A stretch of DNA of 40,847 nucleotides, from assembly GCA_964558725.1 (NCBI GenBank), contig CAZLFE010000005.1, forward strand, positions 1 to 40,847. The letters run 5' to 3'. The stretch's first letter is position 1. Each line of letters begins with the position of its first letter. Below the pieces are notes generated by a model. The model had not been told where the DNA came from. It made no database searches and saw only the letters and a program-made list of their open reading frames with translations. The stretch comes from an uncultured Nitrospiraceae bacterium (GTDB taxonomy: Bacteria > Nitrospirota > Thermodesulfovibrionia > Thermodesulfovibrionales > SM23-35). This document shows, one piece after another, positions 1 to 9,022 of this stretch. A program made the translations under genes and the position numbers.

Positions 1-47
1 CTAAAGATATTATTTCCTCTCACAACACAAGTGGTCATAAGGGGGGG

Positions 48-75
48 GAGGAGCCCCCGGGGGAGGGGGCTCCTC
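48..75 (-). terminator. GC-rich hairpin just downstream of the ftsZ stop; possible terminator of the dcw operon
   Basis: GAGGAGCCCCC (48-58) pairs perfectly with GGGGGCTCCTC (65-75), with a 6-nt loop. It begins 13 nt after the ftsZ stop codon (88-90). No clean T-tract follows on either strand, so terminator function is uncertain. Confidence 0.4.
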
Positions 76-87
76 GGTGGAGGGATC

Positions 88-1260
88 TTATAACTCTTTA
101 TGAATCTCTTTAAGAGAAGCTTTTCTTAAAAAAGTAGGCACATCAATAGGGTCCTCGTACGGTATTACATCTGCTGATATTGGATTCACATCATAATCAT
201 GTCCAAGAGTTTTCGCCAAAACCCTATCAGACCCTTTAAAACTTATAGGCTCTTTAATAGGAGTCCACTTTTTAATCTGAGGTAATTCCACCTTCTCCTT
301 CTTCTCCTCTCGAAAGCCTGTTGCAATTACAGTGATCTTCACCTCATCATCTATGTCCGGGTTTATCACCGCGCCGAATATAAGGTTTACTTCCTCGTGG
401 GCTGAGTCGTAGACATAAGAGGCTGCCTTTTGAACATCGTCTAACGATAGGTGAAGTCCACCCGTTATATTTAAGAGGATATTCTTTGCACCTTCGATTG
501 AGGAATCCTCAAGGAGGGGGTTTGATATAGCCTTTTTAGCTGCCTCGAGGGCTCCACATTCTCCCTTTCCAAATCCACAGCCCATAACGCCACGACCTTT
601 ATCTGCTATAATCGTCCTGACATCAGCAAAATCAACATTGATCAGCCCTGGAATGAGGATGATGTCAGATATGCCCTGCACTGCCAGTTTCAGGACATCA
701 TTGGCTAAAGCGAAGGACTTGAGCAGGGGTGTCCCTTTTTCAACAACAAGACCAATCTTATCATTCGGTATGATGATAAAGGTATCTACATATTTCTTCA
801 TTTCCTTTAAACCTTCTTCAGCATTCATACACCTCACTCTGCCCTCGTAGAAAAATGGCTTGGTAACAACAGCGACTGTAATGATACCAAGTTCTTGTGC
901 AATACTGGCAATCACCGGTCCTGCACCTGTTCCTGTGCCTCCACCCATACCGGCTGTTATGAAGACCATATCTGAGCCTTCAAGATACTCCATGATCGTA
1001 GTCCTGTCCTCAAGGGCTGCCTCTCTGCCGATCTGGGGGTTTGAACCTGCTCCCAGTCCCCTTGTAAGATCAGTTCCAATCTGCACCTTAACAGGCGCAA
1101 GCGAGGAATCGATAGCCTGCAAGTCAGTGTTAACGGCGATGAACTCAACTCCCCGGAGGTTGGATGCAATCATGGTATTGATTGCATTCCCTCCTGCGCC
1201 TCCAACACCAACAACTTTAATCTGTGCTTTCTGCCCCCTTACTTCTTCAATCTCAAACAT
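88..1260 (-). CDS. ftsZ: cell division GTPase FtsZ
   Basis: Tubulin signature GGGTGTG. N-terminal VVGVGGAGGNAI. C-terminal peptide DVPTFLRK. Last gene of the dcw cluster. I place the start at ATG 1260 because GGAGGTG lies 5 nt upstream; the track ORF starts at GTG 1266. Confidence 0.97.
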   Translation of the reverse strand: MFEIEEVRGQKAQIKVVGVGGAGGNAINTMIASNLRGVEFIAVNTDLQAIDSSLAPVKVQIGTDLTRGLGAGSNPQIGREAALEDRTTIMEYLEGSDMVFITAGMGGGTGTGAGPVIASIAQELGIITVAVVTKPFFYEGRVRCMNAEEGLKEMKKYVDTFIIIPNDKIGLVVEKGTPLLKSFALANDVLKLAVQGISDIILIPGLINVDFADVRTIIADKGRGVMGCGFGKGECGALEAAKKAISNPLLEDSSIEGAKNILLNITGGLHLSLDDVQKAASYVYDSAHEEVNLIFGAVINPDIDDEVKITVIATGFREEKKEKVELPQIKKWTPIKEPISFKGSDRVLAKTLGHDYDVNPISADVIPYEDPIDVPTFLRKASLKEIHKEL

Positions 1261-1299
1261 ATACACCTCCCTATAGATTTTTGATCTTGCCTTCTGTAT

Positions 1300-2529
1300 T
1301 TATAAATCTGAATCTCCATTGCCTTTAAATATTCCTGCGAACCAGTCCTTCATCTTTCCAAATATCCCTGTAAGATTACCTTCATAGGAGGCTCCACCAG
1401 ATTCTCTATCTAAACCGTAAAGTACAAGGCCTACTCCTGTTGCGTACATGGGATTATTGATGTTTCCCCTGCATCCTTTTATGCCATCTGGGGACCCTAT
1501 CCTTACCGGAAGACCTAATACAGCCTCTGCCAACCTGTCGAGACCATCAAGGAGAGAACCTCCTCCTGTAAGGACAACGCCTAATGATGCAATGTCGTAT
1601 CCAGCGCAGGAGAAAAGTTCACCCTTTATTAAATCCAGGAGCTCCTCGGCCCTCGGCTGCATGATCTCTGATAAGTATCTGCGCGGTATCTTCCTTTTCT
1701 GTCCTGCTTGAGTAATATCAATCACATCATCATCCTTTACCATGCTCGCTATAGCACAACCGAAATCCTTTTTGAGCCTTTCAGCCTCAGCTAACGGAAT
1801 CCTCAGACCGATGGCGATATCGTTTGTGAAATGGTGCCCTCCAATAGATAGGGTTGATAAATGTTGCAACCAGCCATCCTTGTAAAGGACAATTTCTGTT
1901 GTGCCACCAATGTCTACGAGGGCAACACCGAGTTCCTTCTCATCATCTGTAAGTGTCGCTGCTGTTGAGGCAAGGGGCTCAAAGACTGCCTCAATGACCT
2001 CCAGCCCGGCCATCTCGCAACACTTCAGGAGGTTCTGCAATGCAGAAACAGCACCCGTGATAATATGGACATTAGCCTCGAGCCTGACACCAGCCATACC
2101 AACAGGATCTTTGATACCATTCTGTCCATCGAGAATATAACCTGTTGGAATAACATGAAGGAGCTCCCTGTCAAGAGGCACATAGGCAGCCCGGGCAGAT
2201 TCCATGACGCGCTCCACATCCAAAGGAGTTACTTCACTGCCTCTGATTCCGACAGCACCATGACTGTTCAAGCCCTTGATATGGTTACCCGTAATTCCGA
2301 CATAAACCGTCTCTATCTGTACTCCCGTGGAAGACTCTGTTTCCTTTACAGCCTTCTTTATTGATTCCACCGTTGGTTCTATATGAATGATCACGCCCTT
2401 TTTAAGTCCTGTTGATGGAGATGTGCCGATTCCACGAATTTCTAACTCATCACCCACTACTTCTCCAACGACGGCGCAGACCTTTGTAGTTCCTACATCA
2501 AGCCCAACGATAATATTTTCTCTCCTCAA
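1300..2529 (-). CDS. ftsA: cell division protein FtsA (actin-like ATPase)
   Basis: N-terminal IVGLDVGTTKVC and DIGGTTE phosphate-binding motifs. Located between ftsQ and ftsZ. TTG start overlaps the ftsQ stop. Confidence 0.95.
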   Translation of the reverse strand: MRRENIIVGLDVGTTKVCAVVGEVVGDELEIRGIGTSPSTGLKKGVIIHIEPTVESIKKAVKETESSTGVQIETVYVGITGNHIKGLNSHGAVGIRGSEVTPLDVERVMESARAAYVPLDRELLHVIPTGYILDGQNGIKDPVGMAGVRLEANVHIITGAVSALQNLLKCCEMAGLEVIEAVFEPLASTAATLTDDEKELGVALVDIGGTTEIVLYKDGWLQHLSTLSIGGHHFTNDIAIGLRIPLAEAERLKKDFGCAIASMVKDDDVIDITQAGQKRKIPRRYLSEIMQPRAEELLDLIKGELFSCAGYDIASLGVVLTGGGSLLDGLDRLAEAVLGLPVRIGSPDGIKGCRGNINNPMYATGVGLVLYGLDRESGGASYEGNLTGIFGKMKDWFAGIFKGNGDSDL

Positions 2530-3266
2530 TTAATTACCTCTTTAATCGGTTTTACAACCACCTTGTTTGCAAACCGTAAGTCTATGTAATCAACGGGTAT
2601 CTTTCTCTTCTGTATCTCTTCCTCCAGTTCAAGAAGACGTTCAAGTTTTTCTCGATACTCTCCTGCTCCTATCTTGATAACAGTTCCATCGATGATTGAT
2701 GTAATTTCCTGGGGCTTTGACAGGACTATCTCAATTTGGTCTCTTTCTGAAGAAAACCCCATATCATTCATCGTCTTTGCAAGGGTAAGGGCATCTAAAA
2801 AACCCTCCTTTTCTTTAAAGGGATCGCCTGTGATTATGGGAAGGAAAGGAATCGGATTGTCTTTAAGCTCTTCGAGAAGGGTGCCCTTATCATCGGTTAA
2901 AAAAACATGTCCGTTTACATCGAGAAGCGCAAAGGGGACTACTTCACTTACCACTATTGATAAGGTCTCGGGGAACTCTTTTCGCACCCTTACGGATTTG
3001 ATCCAGGGGGATTTGAGTAACCTCTGGCTTATCTTTTTTCCCGGAAGCGTAATCAGACTTTCATTACTGTGAATCCCTGCAAGTGCCCTGAGTTCATCAA
3101 CGGATAGATGTTTGTTGCCGGTAAAAACAATTCTTTTAATCGGGAATGCTGCTTTTATTTTGATGAAAGAAACATATGCGACTGTTACAAGGGCAGAGAC
3201 AAGCACCACAAAAGTAGTAATACCTATCAATAAACTGCCCTTATTTTTCTTTTTCTTAACTTTCAT
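2526..3266 (-). CDS. ftsQ: cell division protein FtsQ (POTRA-containing)
   Basis: Single N-terminal TM helix after a Lys-rich tail, followed by a POTRA-like region ([17 protein letters not shown]). Located between ddl and ftsA. ATG 3266 is preceded by GAGGTG at a 6-nt spacing; the track ORF starts at GTG 3275. Confidence 0.85.
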   Translation of the reverse strand: MKVKKKKNKGSLLIGITTFVVLVSALVTVAYVSFIKIKAAFPIKRIVFTGNKHLSVDELRALAGIHSNESLITLPGKKISQRLLKSPWIKSVRVRKEFPETLSIVVSEVVPFALLDVNGHVFLTDDKGTLLEELKDNPIPFLPIITGDPFKEKEGFLDALTLAKTMNDMGFSSERDQIEIVLSKPQEITSIIDGTVIKIGAGEYREKLERLLELEEEIQKRKIPVDYIDLRFANKVVVKPIKEVIN

Positions 3267-4185
3267 CGAGAGCACCTCTGAGCATTTCTTCTATTAAGGC
3301 AGAAAAATCAAGACCTGCAAGCCTTGCTACTTTTGGGAGAAGGCTCGTTTCGGTCATACCTGGAATAGTATTGACCTCAAGTACGTACGGCTTACCCTTT
3401 CTATCAATCATGAGGTCAACCCTGGTAGCACCTCTACAGCCGAGGGCACGATGGGCCGAAAGGGCCGTTTCCTTTGCCCTCTCGTAAACCCTCCTGCTTA
3501 TTTCCGGAGGAAGTATATATTCAGTAAGACCTTTTTCATATTTGGCTTCATAACTGTAAAATTCAAGAGATGGCCGCACCTCAACCCCTCCAAGCACTCT
3601 GTCATTGAGTATTCCTATGTGAACCTCTTTCCCTTCTATATATTTCTCTATGATTGCCCTGTCACTAAAGGAGAAGGCATTTTTAACAGCAGAGCCAATC
3701 TGTTTTTTGTTTTTCACGATACTCACCCCAACGCTTGAACCTTCTGTTGCAGGCTTGACAACCCAGGGCAACGGGAAGCCTACTTTTGATGAGTCTATGC
3801 TCTTTGCTCTATGGTCTTTGCTCAGCACGATAAAAGGTGATACGGGAATTTTGTGATAGAGGAATATTTTTTTGGATGCCTCTTTATCCATCGCAAGGGC
3901 AGATGCGAGAACCCCTGATCCTGTGTATAATATTCCGAGAACTTCCAGCATACCCTGCACAGCACCGTTTTCTCCGTGTCCTCCATGGAGTGCAATGAAG
4001 GCTATCTCTACCTTCTTCCGTTTAAGGGCATCGCAAAGGTCAGACCCGGCATCTATTGCAACGGCATCATACCCTAAGTCCCTGAGAGCGTTATAGATTG
4101 CCTTTCCGCTCCTGAGAGACACTTCCCTTTCGGCTGACCTCCCGCCCATCAGAACACCTATACGTTTATCTGTTAACATCCGCAT
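3256..4185 (-). CDS. ddl: D-alanine--D-alanine ligase
   Basis: ATP-grasp protein with typical Ddl blocks ([35 protein letters not shown]). dcw context. Confidence 0.95.
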   Translation of the reverse strand: MRMLTDKRIGVLMGGRSAEREVSLRSGKAIYNALRDLGYDAVAIDAGSDLCDALKRKKVEIAFIALHGGHGENGAVQGMLEVLGILYTGSGVLASALAMDKEASKKIFLYHKIPVSPFIVLSKDHRAKSIDSSKVGFPLPWVVKPATEGSSVGVSIVKNKKQIGSAVKNAFSFSDRAIIEKYIEGKEVHIGILNDRVLGGVEVRPSLEFYSYEAKYEKGLTEYILPPEISRRVYERAKETALSAHRALGCRGATRVDLMIDRKGKPYVLEVNTIPGMTETSLLPKVARLAGLDFSALIEEMLRGALDES

Positions 4186-5116
4186 TTCTACCTACTATCC
4201 GTATCTCCGGTTCAAGGACAACTCCAAATCTCTCCTTGACTTTTTGAGCAACATCCTTCATGAGTCTGATAAAGTCAGATGCCGTCGCCTTTCCCTTATT
4301 GGTAAAGAAATTTGCATGTATACTGCTTACCTCAATCTTGCCAATTCTCATGCCTTTGCATCCTGCTTCATCTATCAATCTCCCTGCTGATAACTCAGGA
4401 GGATTTTTAAATACGCAGCCAGCAGATGGTTCCGAGAAAGGCTGGCTCTCCCATTTTTTCTTTAAGAAATCCTCTATCTTTGCAGAAACATGTTCCTTTT
4501 TATCCTTCTTGAGAATTATCTCCGCGCTGAGAAGCAGATCAGTTGAGGAAATGCCCGACCTTCTGTATCCAAAGTCAATATCTTCTTTCTTTAAAGTCTT
4601 GATTTTTCCTTTGTCATCCATGATCGACACTGAGATGAGCACATCTTTCATCTCATAGCCGAAGGCCCCGGCATTTCCACAGATTGCTCCACCAACAGAG
4701 CCTGGTATACCTGCAAGGCCCTCTATACCGGCGTAACCTTTTTCCCTTGAAAAGTTAACGAGCCTCTGGAGAGATGTTCCTGCCTCAACATGCATTTTTA
4801 CATTAGCCTTATCCTCGCTCAAGATCTCGATCTTTTTGAAGGATCTGAGAGATATAACAGCGCCCTCTATGCCGCCATCCCTCACTAAGATATTTGTTCC
4901 ACCACCGAGAGCTAAAAAAGGTATTTTTCTTTTTTTCAAGGCAACCAGGATATTTTTGAGGGAGGGAATGTTTCGAGGAATAACAAAGAGATCTGCAGGC
5001 CCTCCTATCCTTAACGATGTATGTTTAATCATGGGTTCCATGAATCTCACATCTCCCTCGAAGGTGATCTCAGAAAATATCTCTTCGAGTTCTTCAACGA
5101 TACCCTGGCTTCTCAC
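4166..5116 (-). CDS. murB: UDP-N-acetylenolpyruvoylglucosamine reductase
   Basis: FAD-binding PCMH-type N-terminus ([18 protein letters not shown]) and the MurB C-terminal domain. dcw context. Confidence 0.93.
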   Translation of the reverse strand: MRSQGIVEELEEIFSEITFEGDVRFMEPMIKHTSLRIGGPADLFVIPRNIPSLKNILVALKKRKIPFLALGGGTNILVRDGGIEGAVISLRSFKKIEILSEDKANVKMHVEAGTSLQRLVNFSREKGYAGIEGLAGIPGSVGGAICGNAGAFGYEMKDVLISVSIMDDKGKIKTLKKEDIDFGYRRSGISSTDLLLSAEIILKKDKKEHVSAKIEDFLKKKWESQPFSEPSAGCVFKNPPELSAGRLIDEAGCKGMRIGKIEVSSIHANFFTNKGKATASDFIRLMKDVAQKVKERFGVVLEPEIRIVGRNADVNR

Positions 5117-6528
5117 TCCTTACTCCTTAACCTCTGGAGTATCTCATCGCCTATCTTCCATACATCTCCTGCACCAAGGGTCAGGAGCATATCACCTTTC
5201 TGCATATAGGCGATGACATGTTTTATTGCTTCTTCCTTGTCTTTCATATACAAGGTATTGTTATAACCTCTCTTTTTGATTCTCTCGAAAAGGGTTGCTG
5301 AGCTTATGCCCTCTATCGGTCTCTCCCCTGCAGAATAAATATCAAGAAGGATGAGAAAATCTGCATCATTGAAGGAGGCGGCAAACTCATCCATCAGGTC
5401 TTTTGTCCTTGTATATCTGTGAGGCTGGAAAAGGACAAACAACCTTCCCGCTTCCTGAATTCTGAATTCTGAATTCTGACTGCTGATAAAGAGTCCTTCC
5501 TTAGCTGCCTTCAAGATTGCTTTTATCTCGGTAGGGTGGTGCCCATAATCGTCAAATACTTTTATCTCCTTCGCCTCACCCTTAAACTCGAACCTCCTCT
5601 GTATGCCCCCAAACCTCCTCAGAGCCTCCTTTATGGTTGGTATATCTATCTGGAGTTCTAAGGCAACTCCAATAGCAGCCAGGCTGTTCAGCACGTTATG
5701 CTCTCCTGACAGGGGAAGATCGAAATAACCGATGTCCCTGCCTTTATAGGTTGCTTCAAAGCCGACGGACATGAAACCTTTTCTGATATTTTTTGCATAG
5801 ATTTCTGCTTCACTATGAAATCCATAGGTGATATATCTTCTGTGAAGAGATGGGAGAAGCTCACGCAGATGCTCGTTCTCAATACAAACAATTGATACAC
5901 CGTAAAAGGGAATTTTATCCAGGAAAGAGCGAAAGGCGTCTTTCAAGGAATCCAGTGACCGGAAGAAATCCATATGTTCCCTGTCTATGTTTGTTGCAAC
6001 TGCTATTGTTGGAGAGAGTTTCAGAAATGAACCATCGCTTTCATCAGCCTCGGCAACAAGGAATTCTCCCTGACCAAGTCGTGCATTACTGCCTGTTGCT
6101 TTTAATCTTCCCCCTATGATAACTGTAGGGTCAAAACCAGCATGAGCAAGAATAGTTGATATCAAGGATGTTGTTGTCGTTTTTCCATGTGCCCCTGAAA
6201 CGAGTATCCCGTATTTCAGTCTTGCAATCTCTGCAAGCATTTCTGCGCGAGGTATTACGGGGGTAAACCTTCTCTTTGCCTCAACGATTTCAGGGTTATT
6301 GTCTGAAACTGCCGAGGAAACAACAACGACATGGGCATCGTCTATGTTTTCCGCTTCATGACCGATATAGACCTTTATACCCAAGCCCTTCAACCTTCTC
6401 GTTGTCTCTGAATCCTTTACGTCAGACCCCGTAACCTCGCAGCCGAGGTTATGAAGTACCTCTGCAATACCTGACATCCCGATACCGCCTATCCCGACAA
6501 AATGTATTACCCTGTAGCACTCAAACAC
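5113..6528 (-). CDS. murC: UDP-N-acetylmuramate--L-alanine ligase
   Basis: Mur ligase P-loop GAHGKTTTTS. N-terminal FVGIGGIGMSGIA. DDYGHHPTE and FQPHRYTRT blocks. Confidence 0.95.
   Translation of the reverse strand: MFECYRVIHFVGIGGIGMSGIAEVLHNLGCEVTGSDVKDSETTRRLKGLGIKVYIGHEAENIDDAHVVVVSSAVSDNNPEIVEAKRRFTPVIPRAEMLAEIARLKYGILVSGAHGKTTTTSLISTILAHAGFDPTVIIGGRLKATGSNARLGQGEFLVAEADESDGSFLKLSPTIAVATNIDREHMDFFRSLDSLKDAFRSFLDKIPFYGVSIVCIENEHLRELLPSLHRRYITYGFHSEAEIYAKNIRKGFMSVGFEATYKGRDIGYFDLPLSGEHNVLNSLAAIGVALELQIDIPTIKEALRRFGGIQRRFEFKGEAKEIKVFDDYGHHPTEIKAILKAAKEGLFISSQNSEFRIQEAGRLFVLFQPHRYTRTKDLMDEFAASFNDADFLILLDIYSAGERPIEGISSATLFERIKKRGYNNTLYMKDKEEAIKHVIAYMQKGDMLLTLGAGDVWKIGDEILQRLRSKE
5456..5479. 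repeat. tandem heptamer TGAATTC x3.4 inside murC, in frame
   Basis: tgaattc tgaattc tgaattc tga, read directly from the sequence. On the coding strand this is CAGAATT x3, encoding part of SSQNSEFRIQEA. Confidence 0.9.
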
Positions 6529-6572
6529 GATAATCTCCTGAATCGGTGCTGGATTCTATATTTTGTATGCTT

Positions 6573-6607
6573 ACTCATCATTCGTGACTTGTCACTCTTC
6601 ACTGTTT
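6573..6607. repeat. period-7 array (ACTNNTC-like x5) spanning the murC-murG gap and the murG stop
   Basis: actcatc attcgtg acttgtc actcttc actgttt. The reverse complement belongs to the same GAGTGAC/GATGAGT word family seen in ftsW and murD. Confidence 0.75.
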
Positions 6608-7696
6608 TTTAAGAAGGTTCATTGCGATATCGACTACCTTAGCACATGCCTCAGGTCTTCCGAGCGCCCTGCTATTTTTTTGCATCTCGGCCCTGATTGT
6701 CTCGTTTTCATAAAGCTCTCTTACGGTGTGGGCAAGGGATTCGCCATTTAGTTTACTGTCAAGGATCATCCTCGCTGCGCCCATCTCGAAGAGTTTCCTC
6801 GAGTTCAATTCTTGATGGTGTCCGGCTGCATGAGGGTAGGGGATTAAAACGGCTGGTTTTCCGAGAGCTGTCAATTCAGCAAGAGTTGTTGCCCCTGCTC
6901 TTGAGATTACGATGTCAGAGACAGCATATGCCTCCCCCATCTGATATATGAAGGGAGTGACTGTTCCTTTGAAACCGAGCTCCCTGTAAGCATTCCTGAT
7001 ATGTTCATAATCCTTCGTGCCTGTCTGGTGAAGGAACTGAATTTTGTCTTTTACATCATGCAAGTAATTAAGAGAATCTACAATCGCTGTATTAATGCTT
7101 CTTGCTCCCAGACTTCCTCCAAAGACAAAGACAGTAAATAAACTTTCTTCGAGAGAAAAGAGCCTATATCCAGATTCTCTGCTGCCCTTGAGGATATGCA
7201 TCCTGACAGGGTTACCGGTAAGGAAGGTCTTTTCTTTTGGGAAGAAGGGGATACTCTCCTGATAGGTTGTGCAGATGGCTCTTACAAATTTCCCGAGGAT
7301 CTTATTCGTAAATCCTGGGATACAATTCTGTTCAAGGATCATGGTTGGTATTGACATGAGAGATGCGATAAGCATAATTGCTCCTGATGCATAACCACCG
7401 ACACCTATCATGATATCGGGCTGCACATTCTTAATAATTTTATGGGAATCCAAAAATGAGAGAAACATCTTGGCTATCGCCTTAATCATTTTTGGAACAG
7501 ATACTCCTACCATTCCTTCTGCCCGTATAAACTTTATTGGATATCCTTCCATCGGTACAACCCTGGCTTCTATACCGTGTTCTGTTCCAACAAATATCAC
7601 TTCTGTCATCTCATTTCTTCTCCTGAGTTCTTCAGCTATTGCAAGTCCTGGAAAGAGATGTCCTCCTGTACCTCCCCCCGCAATGATCACCCTCAT
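6599..7696 (-). CDS. murG: UDP-N-acetylglucosamine--N-acetylmuramyl-(pentapeptide) pyrophosphoryl-undecaprenol GlcNAc transferase
   Basis: N-terminal IAGGGTGGHLFP. GT28 C-terminal block SRAGATTLAEL. dcw context. Confidence 0.95.
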   Translation of the reverse strand: MRVIIAGGGTGGHLFPGLAIAEELRRRNEMTEVIFVGTEHGIEARVVPMEGYPIKFIRAEGMVGVSVPKMIKAIAKMFLSFLDSHKIIKNVQPDIMIGVGGYASGAIMLIASLMSIPTMILEQNCIPGFTNKILGKFVRAICTTYQESIPFFPKEKTFLTGNPVRMHILKGSRESGYRLFSLEESLFTVFVFGGSLGARSINTAIVDSLNYLHDVKDKIQFLHQTGTKDYEHIRNAYRELGFKGTVTPFIYQMGEAYAVSDIVISRAGATTLAELTALGKPAVLIPYPHAAGHHQELNSRKLFEMGAARMILDSKLNGESLAHTVRELYENETIRAEMQKNSRALGRPEACAKVVDIAMNLLKKQ

Positions 7697-7738
7697 AAAA
7701 TGTTAAAGGTAAAATTTAAAATGAAAAATTCAAAATAA
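7697..7738. repeat. period-7 A-rich array (AAAANNN x6) in the murG-ftsW junction
   Basis: aaaatgt taaaggt aaaattt aaaatga aaaattc aaaataa, all in one unbroken 7-nt register. Confidence 0.7.
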
Positions 7739-9022
7739 AGGAATTCCATCATTGTTCATCTTTGCTTTTTCATTTCTCAAGCCATAAATGGCCCTTTTAG
7801 CCTTCCTTCTCACAAACATTTTTTGCTTTATATCTTCAATCTCTTTGTTCTCTTTTCCTCTCGATATATTAAGGAGTATTCCGATAGCAGCCAAGCTCAC
7901 AAGAAGAGATGAACCGCCATAACTGATAAAGGGCAGTGGTAAGCCCTTTGTAGGCACCAGACCTGTGGCAACAGCGAAGTTGATAAGAGCCTGTAGGGAT
8001 ATCATTAGTGAAAGTCCAACTGCCAGGTAGTAAGCAAATCTATCCCTTGTCTTATTCGCAATAGATATTCCTCTGATAAAAATGAGCAGAAAAAGGGCAA
8101 TTATTATTGAGACGCCGATAAAACCAAACTCTTCACCGATAATAGAAAAGATAAAATCCGTATGTGATTCTGGCAGGTAAGATAATTTCTGTTTTGATCC
8201 GCCGATACCAACACCTGTGATACCCCCGCTACCAAAGGCTATAAAAGATTGCACAAGCTGAAAACCACTGCCCTGAGGATCCTTCCAGGGGTCAAGAAAG
8301 GATGTAACTCTCCTGAGGCGGTAAGGTTCCATAATGAGTATGAATAGTACCGGCAGGGCAAGTAAAGAAAGGGAAAAAAGGTATCTCAGTCTTATTCCTG
8401 ATAGAAAGAGCATTGCGAGCGTGAGAAAGGATAGGCTCATAGCAGATCCGAAGTCTGGCTGCATAAGCATAATCGCCTGGAATCCTATCATGATAGAAAT
8501 GGGTTTTATGAAAGATGTAAAGCTTTCGGTTATATAGTCAGGTGATGACAAGTATCGCGCGAGGAATATGACCATGGAAAGCTTTACGAACTCTGATGGC
8601 TGGAAGGTTGAAGGCCAGAGTCTTATCCATCTCTTTGCGCCACCTGCATGGACACCGATGACGGGCAAGAAAACGAGTATTAAGAGCACGAAAGAGAAAA
8701 TCAGGAGGGGCACAGCTATCTTCTTGAGAAAAGAAGGTTTCAAGTTGTAGGCAAGAAACATAAACCCTACCCCTATGAGGATTGTAAACATATGTCTCTT
8801 GAAGTAATAAAATTCGTTAACACCTTTTTTTGCAAGGGTAGGTATGATGACAGAGGTTGAACTGTATATCATGAGAGCGCCAAAGACGACGAGAACAAGC
8901 GTGGCAAGGAGAAGCAATTTGTCGTAAGTAAGGTACAGTGAAGAGTGACGGTTAACGGATGACGAGTTTCGTTCAGAAAACCGAAAGGCTAACTGCGTCT
9001 TACTCATTGTTTTGTCCATCAT
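7730..9022 (-). CDS. ftsW: SEDS-family peptidoglycan polymerase / lipid II flippase FtsW
   Basis: Polytopic membrane protein with SEDS blocks (PSEFVKL, QPDFGS, LPESHTDFIFS, PFISYGGSS). Located between murD and murG. Has N- and C-terminal extensions. Confidence 0.9.
   Translation of the reverse strand: MMDKTMSKTQLAFRFSERNSSSVNRHSSLYLTYDKLLLLATLVLVVFGALMIYSSTSVIIPTLAKKGVNEFYYFKRHMFTILIGVGFMFLAYNLKPSFLKKIAVPLLIFSFVLLILVFLPVIGVHAGGAKRWIRLWPSTFQPSEFVKLSMVIFLARYLSSPDYITESFTSFIKPISIMIGFQAIMLMQPDFGSAMSLSFLTLAMLFLSGIRLRYLFSLSLLALPVLFILIMEPYRLRRVTSFLDPWKDPQGSGFQLVQSFIAFGSGGITGVGIGGSKQKLSYLPESHTDFIFSIIGEEFGFIGVSIIIALFLLIFIRGISIANKTRDRFAYYLAVGLSLMISLQALINFAVATGLVPTKGLPLPFISYGGSSLLVSLAAIGILLNISRGKENKEIEDIKQKMFVRRKAKRAIYGLRNEKAKMNNDGIPLF
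8937..8971. repeat. period-7 array (xGTGACG-like x5) inside the ftsW N-terminal extension
   Basis: agtgaag agtgacg gttaacg gatgacg agtttcg, followed by a small hairpin TTTCG..CGAAA. Encodes NSSSVNRHSSL. Confidence 0.75.

Noticed and set aside
1-38. Possible start of another minus-strand ORF (ATG at 38-36) at the window edge
   Set aside because: Only 12 codons are visible, there is no Shine-Dalgarno sequence, and it lies immediately after the GC hairpin.
860-1276. Long antisense ORFs in the track, for example 860-1276(+), 9044-9580(+), 19337-19684(-), 19662-20138(-), 24554-24837(-), 26843-27172(-), 33796-34140(+)
   Set aside because: They are shadow frames of well-supported genes on the opposite strand. 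They lack RBSs, have Ser/Pro/Leu-rich or low-complexity composition, and resemble no family I recognise.
5456-5479. Three clustered EcoRI-type GAATTC sites as a restriction-modification-related signal
   Set aside because: They are simply a by-product of the TGAATTC tandem heptamer. No R-M genes are present in the window.
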